Below are positions 28,620 through 38,165 of a stretch of 64,000 bases of DNA, piece by piece. Origin of the DNA: Candidatus Latescibacterota bacterium (GTDB lineage: Bacteria; Latescibacterota; UBA2968; UBA8231). The position numbers were made by a program, and so were the translations under genes. The stretch's first letter is position 1, and every line of letters begins with the position of its first letter. The stretch lies in NCBI GenBank assembly GCA_965203175.1, contig OZ241867.1:6240001-6304000 (forward strand). Direction: 5' to 3'. The notes beneath the pieces are model-generated. The model ran no database searches, was not told where the DNA came from, and saw nothing but the letters and a program-made list of their open reading frames with translations.

Positions 28620-30815
28620 ATGCAGAGCATTATAGCCGTCCTTCTATGGGCCACAGCCGCCTTGGGGCAAGAAGACGCCGACGTTGATCGCGCAGATTCG
28701 CGTTTTATGGCGACGGTGCTGGCGCGCCTCGCCCAGCGGGCCGATCCCATTGCCAACATCTATCTGAACCAAGCCCGCGTCGAGGGCCTCAGTTCCCTGC
28801 TGGGGCAACCGATGAGCGCGGTCAAGCGGCTGAACATGCGCCTGCGGATTGCCCAAGAGCGGGTGAGAGCCGGGGATTTGCGCGCGGGCATCGAAGAGAT
28901 GCAAGGCGTTCTGGTGGCCGTAGAGGCTGGGCAGGTACCGGCGACCGAGGGCTTCGTCTACATGCTGCACGACCAGCTCGCCATCGCCTATCTGCGCCTC
29001 GGAGAGCAGGAGAACTGCCTGCGCAACCACACCACGAATTCCTGCTTGCTGCCGATCCGCGACGACGGCGTCCACACCTTGCAGGAAGGCTCCCGCCGCG
29101 CCATCGAGCACTACACCATAAACCTGAACAAGCGCCCAAGTGACTTGGGGACGCGCTGGCTGTTGAACTTGGCGTATATGACCTTGGGCGAATACCCAGA
29201 AGGGGTGCCAAAGCCCTGGCGCATTCCCCCGCGTGTATTCGACGGCGACAGCGGCGGGATCCAGCGCTTCCGCGACGTGGCACCGGCGGCTGGAGTCGCG
29301 GCCGTTGGCCTAGCGGGCGGTAGCGCGGTCGAGGACTTCGACGGCGACGGTCTGCTCGATATCGCGGTCTCCTCGTGGGGACTGCGCGATCCGCTGCGCT
29401 ACTTCCACAACGAGGGCGACGGCACATTTACCGAAGCCACGACAGCGGCCGGGCTAGACGGTCAGATAGGGGGGATCAATCTCGAACAGGCCGACTACGA
29501 CAACGACGGCGACGTCGATCTGTTCGTTTTGCGCGGTGCCTGGATGGGGGAAGAGGGCCGCATGCCCAACTCTCTGTTGCGCAACAACGGCGACGGCAGC
29601 TTTGCGGACGTGACGCGGCGCGCTGGCTTGTTTTCCTTGCACCCGACCCACGCCGCGGCCTTTGCCGACTACGACAACGACGGCTGGTTGGATCTGTTCG
29701 TCGGCAATGAGTCCGGCAAGCAGCCCCACCCATGCCAGTTGTTTCGCAACCAAGGGGACGGCCGTTTTGTCGATGTGGCCCCCGCAGTCGGCGTCAATCA
29801 CGTGGGCTTTGTCAAGGGCGTTGCCTGGGGCGATATAGACAACGACGGTTTGATCGACCTATACGTATCTCAGTTTTACCGAGAAAACGTTCTCTACCGC
29901 AACCTCGGCGACACACCAGAGGGCTGGCGCTTTGCGGCAACGGTCGTCGCACCGGGGCCGAACGAGAGCTTTCCCACTTGGTTTTGGGACTACGACAACG
30001 ACGGCTGGCTCGACTTGTTTACCGGCGGCTACAACATGAACGACCTCGGCGATATGGCGCGCGCGTACCTCGGCGAGGAATTTGCCGCCGATCGCGCACA
30101 CGTGTATCGCAACGACGGCGACGGCACCTTCACCGAGGTCACCGAATCGCTGGGAAGCTTTGGGCAAGTCATACTAGCTATGGGTGCTAACTACGGCGAC
30201 TTGGACAACGATGGGTTTCCCGACTGCTACGTGGGCACCGGGATTCCCGATCTGCGCTCCCTCACGCCCAATCGCATGTTGCGCAACGACGGTGGCGCGC
30301 GGTTTTTGGACGTCACCACAACAGGCGGTTTTGGCAACGTACAGAAAGGGCACGGCGTATCCTTTGCAGACCTCGACAACGATGGAGACCAAGACGTCTT
30401 TGAGGTCATGGGCGGAGCCTTTGCAGGCGACCTCTACCAGAACGTGCTCTACGAAAATCCCGGACACGGCAATCGCTGGCTGCGGCTGTTTCCCCAAGGC
30501 GTGCAGTCGAACCGAGGTGCTATTGGCGGCCGCGTGCGCGTGCGCGTGCGGCAACCAGACGGCAGTACCCGCGACATCCACCACCTCATCGGCTCGGGCG
30601 GCAGCTTTGGGGCCAACCCGCTCGCGCCGCACCTCGGGCTGGGGGACGCCACGGAATTGGTCTTCGTGGAAATCACTTGGCCGGCGACCCATCAGGCGCA
30701 GCGCTGGCAGGGACTGAAGCTCGACCGAGCGTACCGCTTGCGCGAGGGCCACCCGTCGGCAACTGAAGTAGCCCTGACTAAATTCCACTTTGCCGCCGAG
30801 CACAACGGACATTGA
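28620..30815 (+). CDS. CRTAC1-like FG-GAP/VCBS repeat protein with C-terminal ASPIC/UnbV domain
   Basis: About 7 DxDNDGxxD repeats, SNRGAIGGRV..GSF..HLGLG..ITWP, and a signal peptide from ATG 28620. Confidence 0.9.
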   Translation: MQSIIAVLLWATAALGQEDADVDRADSRFMATVLARLAQRADPIANIYLNQARVEGLSSLLGQPMSAVKRLNMRLRIAQERVRAGDLRAGIEEMQGVLVAVEAGQVPATEGFVYMLHDQLAIAYLRLGEQENCLRNHTTNSCLLPIRDDGVHTLQEGSRRAIEHYTINLNKRPSDLGTRWLLNLAYMTLGEYPEGVPKPWRIPPRVFDGDSGGIQRFRDVAPAAGVAAVGLAGGSAVEDFDGDGLLDIAVSSWGLRDPLRYFHNEGDGTFTEATTAAGLDGQIGGINLEQADYDNDGDVDLFVLRGAWMGEEGRMPNSLLRNNGDGSFADVTRRAGLFSLHPTHAAAFADYDNDGWLDLFVGNESGKQPHPCQLFRNQGDGRFVDVAPAVGVNHVGFVKGVAWGDIDNDGLIDLYVSQFYRENVLYRNLGDTPEGWRFAATVVAPGPNESFPTWFWDYDNDGWLDLFTGGYNMNDLGDMARAYLGEEFAADRAHVYRNDGDGTFTEVTESLGSFGQVILAMGANYGDLDNDGFPDCYVGTGIPDLRSLTPNRMLRNDGGARFLDVTTTGGFGNVQKGHGVSFADLDNDGDQDVFEVMGGAFAGDLYQNVLYENPGHGNRWLRLFPQGVQSNRGAIGGRVRVRVRQPDGSTRDIHHLIGSGGSFGANPLAPHLGLGDATELVFVEITWPATHQAQRWQGLKLDRAYRLREGHPSATEVALTKFHFAAEHNGH

Positions 30816-30840
30816 CTCCGTAGCCGTTGGAGGCTAATTT
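30812..30840 (+). promoter_or_regulatory. Promoter of tRNA-Val
   Basis: TTGACT-17-TAATTT, with the -35 overlapping the upstream TGA stop. Confidence 0.55.
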
Positions 30841-30852
30841 AAAAATGCTCTT

Positions 30853-30929
30853 GGGCGATTAGCTCAGTTGGTTAGAGCGCCGGTCTCACATACCGGAGGT
30901 CCGCAGTTCAAATCTGCGATTGCCCACCA
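30853..30929 (+). tRNA. tRNA-Val(CAC)
   Basis: GGGCGAT/ATTGCCC acceptor, anticodon arm CCGGT-CTCACAT-ACCGG, CCA end. Confidence 0.93.
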
Positions 30930-30934
30930 TAAAT

Positions 30935-30980
30935 AAAGGCTGTGCAAAGCGCATCTCAGCTTCGCACAGCCTTTTTCTTT
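30935..30980 (+). terminator. Terminator after tRNA-Val (possibly bidirectional)
   Basis: AAAGGCTGTGC/GCACAGCCTTT followed by a T tract. Confidence 0.7.
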
Positions 30981-30987
30981 ATTCATA

Positions 30988-31029
30988 TAAAAGGCACCTA
31001 TAAAAGACACCTACCCGAAGTAGGCACCT
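30988..31029. repeat. 13-bp tandem direct repeat plus partial third copy
   Basis: TAAAAGGCACCTA, TAAAAGACACCTA, then AGGCACCT. Confidence 0.7.
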
Positions 31030-31046
31030 TTGTTCTCTAATCCGCG

Positions 31047-31721
31047 CTATGGATATAGACGCTCTTTTACTGAGGCCCAAGGCATCAGTGAAATGTTCGT
31101 TCCCAAGACGGGTTCGGGCGCTTCTCCCCCTTCCGAGAGCAGATACGCGGGAATGGACCCTGGCGTACCCAACTCGCTGGCACCCGCATCCCAGCCGCTT
31201 TGTTCGGTTGCCGTCGCCCAGCTTTCAGGCTGGTCACCGGGCTGGTCGAAAGCAATGCGCACCATGGCGCTTTTGCTGGTTGAATCCCCGGCAAAAGGGG
31301 CTCCGCGACCATCGTCGGCCACATCGATGAGTTGGCCTCCAGCTTGCGGGTCGCCATCGTATAGATGTAAGAGCAGCTTGGTGTTGGGCAGCGAAACGGC
31401 AGAGTCAACGCGCTGAGGCTCGACGGCGAGGAGGGAGTTTTTGTGATCGGCGGCGTAGTTGGCGATGAGAAAGGTCTGTCTGGCGGGGATCGCAGCAGCG
31501 TCGAGGACGAGCATTACCTTGTCCTCGAAGCCACTGCGGTAAGTCAAAGTCCAGCCGGCTATATCAACCGTTGCGTCGCTGGAGTTATAGAGTTCGATCC
31601 ACTCGTCGGCAGTAGATGCCGTACTACCCGGCCACATCAGTTCGGAGATGATGATCGGGCCAGGTTGGGCCGAGAGGGAAGTAGCGAGGGCGAAAAAGAC
31701 AAGGGCGATAAAAGGGCGCAT
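31047..31721 (-). CDS. Secreted lamin-tail-domain (LTD) protein
   Basis: Signal peptide, IIISELMW..DEWIELYN..VDIAGWTL, GTPG, C-terminal WASVK. Confidence 0.85.
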   Translation of the reverse strand: MRPFIALVFFALATSLSAQPGPIIISELMWPGSTASTADEWIELYNSSDATVDIAGWTLTYRSGFEDKVMLVLDAAAIPARQTFLIANYAADHKNSLLAVEPQRVDSAVSLPNTKLLLHLYDGDPQAGGQLIDVADDGRGAPFAGDSTSKSAMVRIAFDQPGDQPESWATATEQSGWDAGASELGTPGSIPAYLLSEGGEAPEPVLGTNISLMPWASVKERLYP

Positions 31722-31766
31722 GGCAGCCTCCAGGTTGGGGTAAAATGGCGATTGCCATGCGTTTAA

Positions 31767-31782
31767 TGCAATATGCGTGCCT
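31767..31782 (-). promoter_or_regulatory. Sigma54 (-24/-12) promoter
   Basis: AGGCAC-GCATA-TTGCA matches TGGCAC-N5-TTGCA, with an AT-rich tract upstream. Confidence 0.7.
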
Positions 31783-31885
31783 AGGATTTTATTTTTTGTA
31801 ACATATTGTAAAATATATAAATATAGAATTCATACTGCGCGTCTTATCCGCGCTCAGCGCATCTATTCGACAACAGTTCTGACAC

Positions 31886-33313
31886 CTAGTCGATACAGGG
31901 CGCGCGGGCTGTGAGTGCCGCGCACAGCTTCTGTTGCAGGCCGCCGAAACCGCCATTACTCATAAAAACTACCAAATCGCCTGGGCGTGCTTCCGCAGCC
32001 AAAAAAGCGGCCATTGCTTCGGCGTCGGGCAGATAGTGTGCCGGCTTGCCAGTAGCGCGGAGACGCTCTACTAAACGCTCGGGTGAGAAAGGCTCGTCTC
32101 CCCGGGCGCGTTCGGGACGGGGGACCGCGGTTGCAACGAAAGCGTCTGCCAAGGCGAATGCCTCGACATAGCGATCCTCAAAGATAGCGCGAGCGTTGGT
32201 TGCGCTGGCCGGTTCAAAAACCGCGATGAGCCTGCGTTCGGAATGGGATCGGCGCAGTCCCTCTAGAGTATGGGCAACCGCAGTGGGATGGTGGGCGAAA
32301 TCGTCGATGAGGAGAACGTCATCGATGAGACCAATCTGCTCCTGCCGGCGCTTGACGCCGGCAAAGCTAGCCAAGGCCGCGCGCAGATCGCCGGCAGTCA
32401 GGCCAGCGTGAAAACCAGCAGCTAGGCTGGCGAGCGCATTGCAGACGTTGTAATCGCCGCTCAGCGGCAAGTCGAAGGCCCCCATCTCTCGTCCCGCTCG
32501 GCACAAGGTAAAGCGCGTGCCCTCAGCACTGGCCTGGAGATTGGTAGCGCGCCAAAACGCGCCCTCTTCGAGGCCAAAGGTCTCCACCGGTGTCGGCGCG
32601 CCGGGGAGGAGTTCGGCGATATTGGGATCGGTGCCGTTGGCTAGAATCAGGCCGTTTTGCGGCACCATGTTGATGAGTTGGCGGAAGGCTTTGACGATTT
32701 CGGCAAGGTCTTGGTAGATGTCGGCGTGGTCGAATTCAATGTTGTTGACGATTAGCACATCGGGTAGGTAGTAGAAAAACTTCGCCCACTTGGCAAAGAA
32801 GGCGCTGTCGTATTCATCGCCTTCGACGATGAAGTGCACGCCTTGGCCAAGCCGGTAGGAGCGGTCGAAGTTTTGCGGCACCCCGGCGACGAGGAAGGAA
32901 GGATCCAGGTCACAAGCGGTGAAGAGGTGGGCAATGAGCGCAGTAGTGGTGGTCTTGCCGTGGGTTCCGGTTACCACCACTGAGCGCTTGCCGCGGATGA
33001 AGAAATCGCGCAGCACTTCCGGTAGCGACAGGTACGGGATCCGGCGCGAGAGTACGGCCTCGGCCTCTGGGTTGCCGCGCGAGATTGCGTTGCCAATGAC
33101 GGCCAAATCCGGCGTTGGCACTAGGTGATCCGCCGAGAAGCCGACCCGCACATCGATCCCCAACTCTTCGAGCATGGTACTCATCGGAGGATAGACGTGG
33201 CTGTCCGACCCGGTGACGCGATACCCCTGCTCGCGCAACATGCCGGCCAAAGACCCCATAGCCGTACCGCAAGCAGCGATCAAGTGAATGTGGGAACCCA
33301 ATGGAAGCTGCAT
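31886..33313 (-). CDS. mpl: Murein peptide ligase (UDP-MurNAc:L-Ala-gamma-D-Glu-mDAP ligase)
   Basis: CGTAMGSLA, GTHGKTTT, EGDEYDSAFF, NIEFDHADI, DDFAHHPTA, MSNGGFGG. Confidence 0.92.
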   Translation of the reverse strand: MQLPLGSHIHLIAACGTAMGSLAGMLREQGYRVTGSDSHVYPPMSTMLEELGIDVRVGFSADHLVPTPDLAVIGNAISRGNPEAEAVLSRRIPYLSLPEVLRDFFIRGKRSVVVTGTHGKTTTTALIAHLFTACDLDPSFLVAGVPQNFDRSYRLGQGVHFIVEGDEYDSAFFAKWAKFFYYLPDVLIVNNIEFDHADIYQDLAEIVKAFRQLINMVPQNGLILANGTDPNIAELLPGAPTPVETFGLEEGAFWRATNLQASAEGTRFTLCRAGREMGAFDLPLSGDYNVCNALASLAAGFHAGLTAGDLRAALASFAGVKRRQEQIGLIDDVLLIDDFAHHPTAVAHTLEGLRRSHSERRLIAVFEPASATNARAIFEDRYVEAFALADAFVATAVPRPERARGDEPFSPERLVERLRATGKPAHYLPDAEAMAAFLAAEARPGDLVVFMSNGGFGGLQQKLCAALTARAPCID

Positions 33314-33423
33314 GACCGTATATACCGTTGGAGGAACGCAAGTGTCAAGGGAATCGGCCGGTTTGTGTTCAGCAATCGGCGATTGTTTTATTGTGGAGGC
33401 ACTTGCTTGCAAGAGAGGAGACT

Positions 33424-34392
33424 ATGGTCCAAGAGAAAGAAGCGGCAGGGGATGTTTTTCTGTCCCTCGTCATTCCCGTTTTCAACGAAGAGGAAAGCCT
33501 GCCTCATCTGTGGGACCAGATCGACAGCGCTCTGGCGACTGTGGAATGGGTTTGGGAAGCCATTTTCGTGGACGACGGGAGTACGGATACCTCGTTTGCG
33601 GTCTTGGGGAAATTGGCCAAACAGCATCCACAGGTGTGCGCCTTGCGTTTCCGCCGCAACTACCGCAAGGCCGCGGCCCTCGCCGCTGGCTTCAAGCAGG
33701 CGCGCGGCCAAGTCATCGTCACCATGGATGCTGACCTGCAAGACGACCCCCGAGAAATCCCCCGGCTGCTGGACGAATTAAACCGCGATTGTGACTTGGT
33801 CTCGGGCTGGAAGGCCAAACGCCGCGACCCTTTGAGCAAGACCCTCCCCTCCCGCTTGTTCAACTGGATCACCTCGCTGGTCTCCGGGGTTCGCCTGCGC
33901 GATTTCAACTGCGGCCTCAAGGCGTATCGGCGCGAGGTGGCCGAAGATGTGCTGCCTTATCTCTACGGAGAATTGTATCGGTTTTTGCCCGCCGTTGCCC
34001 ACTGGATGGGCTATCGAGTCGGCGAAATCCCAGTACAGCACCATCCCCGTCGCTTCGGCCATTCCAAATTCGGGGCCAAGCGGTTGCTAAACGGGTTCTT
34101 GGATCTGCTGACCGTGACCTTCGTCGTGCGCTTTATGACCATGCCTATGCACGTCTTCGGTAGCTTGGGGCTGGGCTCCACGCTGTGCGGATCGGTCATT
34201 TGTGCCTATGTGGCCTTGCTGCGCTACGAGCACGGCAACATCCAAAACCGCCATCCCCTCCTCATGCTGGGCATCCTGCTGATCATCGTCGGCATTCAGT
34301 GCTTCTCCATTGGCTTTTTGGGAGACATGATCGCCAGTATGCACCAGCGCGGCGGGCGCACCCCGCGCATTGCCGAGCGCTTAAACGGGTGA
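33424..34392 (+). CDS. GT2 polyprenol-phosphate glycosyltransferase (DPM1/ArnC-like)
   Basis: IPVFNEEE, DDGSTD, MDADLQDDP, DFNCGLKAY, two C-terminal TM helices. SD GAGGAG precedes ATG 33424. Confidence 0.9.
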   Translation: MVQEKEAAGDVFLSLVIPVFNEEESLPHLWDQIDSALATVEWVWEAIFVDDGSTDTSFAVLGKLAKQHPQVCALRFRRNYRKAAALAAGFKQARGQVIVTMDADLQDDPREIPRLLDELNRDCDLVSGWKAKRRDPLSKTLPSRLFNWITSLVSGVRLRDFNCGLKAYRREVAEDVLPYLYGELYRFLPAVAHWMGYRVGEIPVQHHPRRFGHSKFGAKRLLNGFLDLLTVTFVVRFMTMPMHVFGSLGLGSTLCGSVICAYVALLRYEHGNIQNRHPLLMLGILLIIVGIQCFSIGFLGDMIASMHQRGGRTPRIAERLNG

Positions 34393-35445
34393 TAGCTCTT
34401 TTAGGGCCGCCAACAGCGCGTCTATCTCTGCATCCGTACCCACCGAGATTCGCAGACAGTCCGCTAAGCGCGGCGGTGTGGCAAAGTAGCGCACCAAGAT
34501 CCGGCGCTCTTTGAGTTCCGCGTAGAGTTCGGCAGCGGCGCAGCTAACCCAGCGTTCGCCGAGCCTAGCGAGCACGAAGTTTGCCTGCGAATCCCACACG
34601 TAAAAACCCAACGTCCGCAGCTCAGCACACAGGCGTGCACGCGTCGCGCAGACGCGGGCGGCGTTTGCGCGCATTGCGTCGATATCTTCTAGGGCCGCCT
34701 CAGCGGCCACTAAGCTCAGCCGATTGAGATTGTAGTGGTCCTTGACCTTCCACATCCCCTCAATTAGCGCAGCCGGAGCAAAAGCAAAGCCAATGCGCAT
34801 ACCAGCGAGAGAAAAGGACTTGGACATGGTGCGCACTACAATGGCATTGGAATGTTCTTCGATCAGCGGAACGCAGCCGCCCTGGGAAAAATCGACATAC
34901 GCTTCATCCACGACCAAAACACCGTCAACCCGCGCACAGAGCGCGGTGACCTCATCGTAGGGCACGAGGGTGCCCGAGGGCGCATTGGGATTGGCGAGAA
35001 AGGTGACGCGGGCCCCGGGCACGGCTAGGCTCTCGGGCAGGGAGAAATTCTCGCCGAACTCGACCGGGACTGCCTCCGCTCCCTGGATGTCGATCAGCGG
35101 CTTGTAGTAGCCGTACGTGGGATGGGGATAGGCAATTTTGTCGCCCTCGCCGGCGAAGCTGCGGATGATGACGTTGAGCAGCTCGTCCGAGCCGTTGCCG
35201 GCCATGATTTGTTGGGGAGCAATGGCGAATATCTCGCCCAACTTGCGGCGCAGAGCCCAAGCGTCTGGGTCTGGATAGAGGCGCAAATCAGCGGAGCATG
35301 CATCGCGCAACCGCGCTAGCACTAAGGAGGAAGGCGGATAGGGGTTTTCGTTGGTATTGAGCTTGATGTAACCCTTCTCGCGGGGCTGTTCCCCTGGGAC
35401 GTACCCGCGCAGACGAGCGATGTTGGGGCGAAACAGATCCGACAC
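34381..35445 (-). CDS. hisC: Histidinol-phosphate aminotransferase
   Basis: YVPGEQP, KLNTNENPY, GNGSDE, DEAY, RTMSKSFSLAGMRIG. Confidence 0.93.
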   Translation of the reverse strand: MSDLFRPNIARLRGYVPGEQPREKGYIKLNTNENPYPPSSLVLARLRDACSADLRLYPDPDAWALRRKLGEIFAIAPQQIMAGNGSDELLNVIIRSFAGEGDKIAYPHPTYGYYKPLIDIQGAEAVPVEFGENFSLPESLAVPGARVTFLANPNAPSGTLVPYDEVTALCARVDGVLVVDEAYVDFSQGGCVPLIEEHSNAIVVRTMSKSFSLAGMRIGFAFAPAALIEGMWKVKDHYNLNRLSLVAAEAALEDIDAMRANAARVCATRARLCAELRTLGFYVWDSQANFVLARLGERWVSCAAAELYAELKERRILVRYFATPPRLADCLRISVGTDAEIDALLAALKELSPV

Positions 35446-35447
35446 GA

Positions 35448-37637
35448 CTAACTGCTTGCCGGCTCATCCACGCGCTGTACTTCCAAAACGCCCTCAATCT
35501 GCTCGATTTGGTCTATGGCCTGGCGCAACTGCTCATTGTCGGCAACGTCGATCCAGAAGTCCTGTTCGGCGATGTGACCATCGGCACGGGTAGTAGAGTC
35601 GCGGATGTTAGAGCCAGCGTCGCTGATCGCCCGCGCGATGTCCGCGAGCAAGTACGTGCGGTCCCAACTGCGGGTGCGCAATTGAACGGTAAAGGCCGGT
35701 TCGTCCTCCAACTCCCACTCGACCGCGAGCAGACGGTCCGGCTCGGCGGAAATCCGGCCGATGTTGGGGCAGTCGGTGCGGTGGACCGTGACGCCGCGGC
35801 CTCGGGTGACTAGACCGACAATCTCATCTCCCGGGATGGGACCACAGCACTTGCCAAAGCGAATCATCAGGTTTTGCATGCCTTGGATGCGGATGTCTCT
35901 GCGGTCTTGGGGCCGGAGCGCGCGCCGCTTGGGCTTGGGTGGGGCTATTCGGCTGATGACCTTGCCGATTGACAGGTCTCCGTTGCCCAAGGCTGCGTAG
36001 AGATGCTCGGCGTCGCTGAACCCGAATTCCTCCGCCACAGCGTCGAGGTTGGGTGAGTCATCGGCCCGATAGGTCCTCAGCCCCCTGTCGAGCGCCTCCT
36101 TGCCGAGGCGCACGTTGTGGTCGTATTGCTCCTCTCGCAGCCAGCGGCGAATGGCTTGGCGGGCCTTGGCAGTCTTGACTTGGTCCAGCCAAGCGAGTTT
36201 GGGCTTTTGCTGTGGCGCCGTGACGATCTCCACGGTTTGGCCACTGCTCAAAGCCGCGCTTAGCGGCACGACGTGGTCGTTTACTTTGGCCGTCGCGCAG
36301 TGCAGCCCGATGTCGGTGTGGATGGCAAAGGCAAAATCAATCGGCGTGGCCCCCTTGGGCAATTGGTGTAGGTGGCCTTTGGGGGTGAAGACAAAGATCT
36401 CGTCCTGGGAAGCGAGCTCGGTCTTCAGGTTTTCCATGAACTCGACCGGGTCGGTCGCCTCCTGTTGCCAGTCGATGACTTGGTGCAGCCAACTCATGTG
36501 TTGGTTTAAATCGCCGGGAGCCATGTCGTTGGATTTGTAGCGCCAGTGAGCGGCGATGCCGATTTCAGCCGTGTGGTGCATCTGTGCGGTGCGGATTTGC
36601 ACTTCGACGTATTGGCCTTTGGGACCAATCACCGACGTGTGCAGCGACTGGTACATGTTGCTCTTAGGAGTCGATATATAGTCTTTGATACGTCCGGGGA
36701 TGGGGGTGTAAATGTGGTGGACCCAGCCGAGGATTTGATAGCATTCGCGCACGGTGCCAGTGATGATGCGCATAGCTAGCAGATCGTAAATTTCCTCAAA
36801 GGGCTTACTGCGCGCCTTCATCTTATTGTAGATGCTGTAGAAATTCTTAGCGCGGCTTGTAAATTCGGCCTTAATGCCATTGGCGTGCAGGCACTCCTCG
36901 ATCGGGACCTTGAATTCCTTTATATAGTCTTCGCGCTCTTGGCGCGTCATAGCCACGCTTTCGCGCAACTCTTGGTAAATTTTGGGTTCGAGGAACTTGA
37001 GGCTTTGGTCCTCCAACTGCCAGCGGATCCGCGCCAGCCCAAAGCGGTGGGCTAGCGGTGCGTACACTTCGAGCGTTTCGCTCGCGGTCCGCTCGCGGGA
37101 TTCGGGGCTTAGGTATTGGAGCGTGCGCATGTTGTGCAGGCGGTCGGCCAGCTTGATGAGCATGACGCGGATGTCCTTGACCATGGAGATCAGCATCTTG
37201 CGGTAGGTCTCGGCTTGGCGCGCCTCGCGGCTTTCGTAGGTTATCTGATCGATTTTGGTAACCCCGGCGATCAGTTCGGCGATCTTGTCGCCAAATTGCT
37301 CGGCGACCTCCGCATCCGTGGCCGGTGTATCCTCGATGACGTCGTGCAAAAGCCCAGCTGCAACCGTCGTGTGATCCAAGCCCAACTGGGCGAGAAGCCG
37401 AGCCACTTCGACGCAGTGGGCTATGAACGGTTCGCCGGACTTGCGGATCTGGCCCTTGTGATGCTCCTTGGCGAAGTAGTAGGCGCGGTTGAGCAACTCG
37501 AAATCGGCTTGGTCATTGCAGGAGGAGACCTCGATCAGCAGCATTGACAGCCGCAGTTCGTCGCCCCCCTGCTCGACGAGTTCGTCCAAGTAGGTGTTAG
37601 GAAGGGCCGAAAGATGTGTGAGAGAGGTTTCGGTCAT
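35448..37637 (-). CDS. spoT: Bifunctional (p)ppGpp synthetase/hydrolase Rel
   Basis: HD hydrolase (LLHDVIED), synthetase (YQSLHT, EVQIRT), TGS and ACT domains. Confidence 0.95.
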   Translation of the reverse strand: MTETSLTHLSALPNTYLDELVEQGGDELRLSMLLIEVSSCNDQADFELLNRAYYFAKEHHKGQIRKSGEPFIAHCVEVARLLAQLGLDHTTVAAGLLHDVIEDTPATDAEVAEQFGDKIAELIAGVTKIDQITYESREARQAETYRKMLISMVKDIRVMLIKLADRLHNMRTLQYLSPESRERTASETLEVYAPLAHRFGLARIRWQLEDQSLKFLEPKIYQELRESVAMTRQEREDYIKEFKVPIEECLHANGIKAEFTSRAKNFYSIYNKMKARSKPFEEIYDLLAMRIITGTVRECYQILGWVHHIYTPIPGRIKDYISTPKSNMYQSLHTSVIGPKGQYVEVQIRTAQMHHTAEIGIAAHWRYKSNDMAPGDLNQHMSWLHQVIDWQQEATDPVEFMENLKTELASQDEIFVFTPKGHLHQLPKGATPIDFAFAIHTDIGLHCATAKVNDHVVPLSAALSSGQTVEIVTAPQQKPKLAWLDQVKTAKARQAIRRWLREEQYDHNVRLGKEALDRGLRTYRADDSPNLDAVAEEFGFSDAEHLYAALGNGDLSIGKVISRIAPPKPKRRALRPQDRRDIRIQGMQNLMIRFGKCCGPIPGDEIVGLVTRGRGVTVHRTDCPNIGRISAEPDRLLAVEWELEDEPAFTVQLRTRSWDRTYLLADIARAISDAGSNIRDSTTRADGHIAEQDFWIDVADNEQLRQAIDQIEQIEGVLEVQRVDEPASS

Positions 37638-37775
37638 GGGATCGTTCGCTATCTACTCGCTCGTCAATATAAACAAGCATATAAAAAAAAAACAAGTACA
37701 TACAAGCAGAAGTTCCGCGCTCGTTTTCACGCGCGGTAAAAGTTAAATTAAAATGGGCACAGAAAAGGACGCAGA

Positions 37776-38165
37776 ATGTGGCGGCTAAATACCGAAAACG
37801 CACCAGCGCTGACGCGAGCGGATAAAATTCTCGCACTCGTGGTGGGCTTGAGTGCGATCGGGCTGGTACTCTACGGCCGCTATACGGCCGAAGCCGGCGA
37901 CGTGCTCATTGTCGAGTTGGCGGGAGCCGCGCCCGCCACACATGCCCTCTCCAACTACGGGGTCTTGCCGGTTGCGGGATCTTTGGGAGTGAGCGAGATC
38001 GAGATCGGCCCCAAGGGTGCGCGCGTGCTTTCCGCGCCCTGCGTCCACAAAATCTGCATGCGGCAGGGTTGGATGCAGCGGGCGGGTGACGTGACCGCGT
38101 GCGTGCCCAACGGCTTAGTGCTGAGGATCGCTGGAGCCGCACCCATAGATGCGATGATTCGCTGA
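37776..38165 (+). CDS. NusG domain II-containing (DUF1312-like) membrane-anchored protein
   Basis: N-terminal TM helix and CVHKICMRQGW...ACVPN cysteine motif. Confidence 0.85.
   Translation: MWRLNTENAPALTRADKILALVVGLSAIGLVLYGRYTAEAGDVLIVELAGAAPATHALSNYGVLPVAGSLGVSEIEIGPKGARVLSAPCVHKICMRQGWMQRAGDVTACVPNGLVLRIAGAAPIDAMIR

Noticed and set aside
29330-30400. Recurrent GACTACGACAACGACGG DNA repeats
   Set aside because: Explained by FG-GAP protein repeats (DYDNDG).
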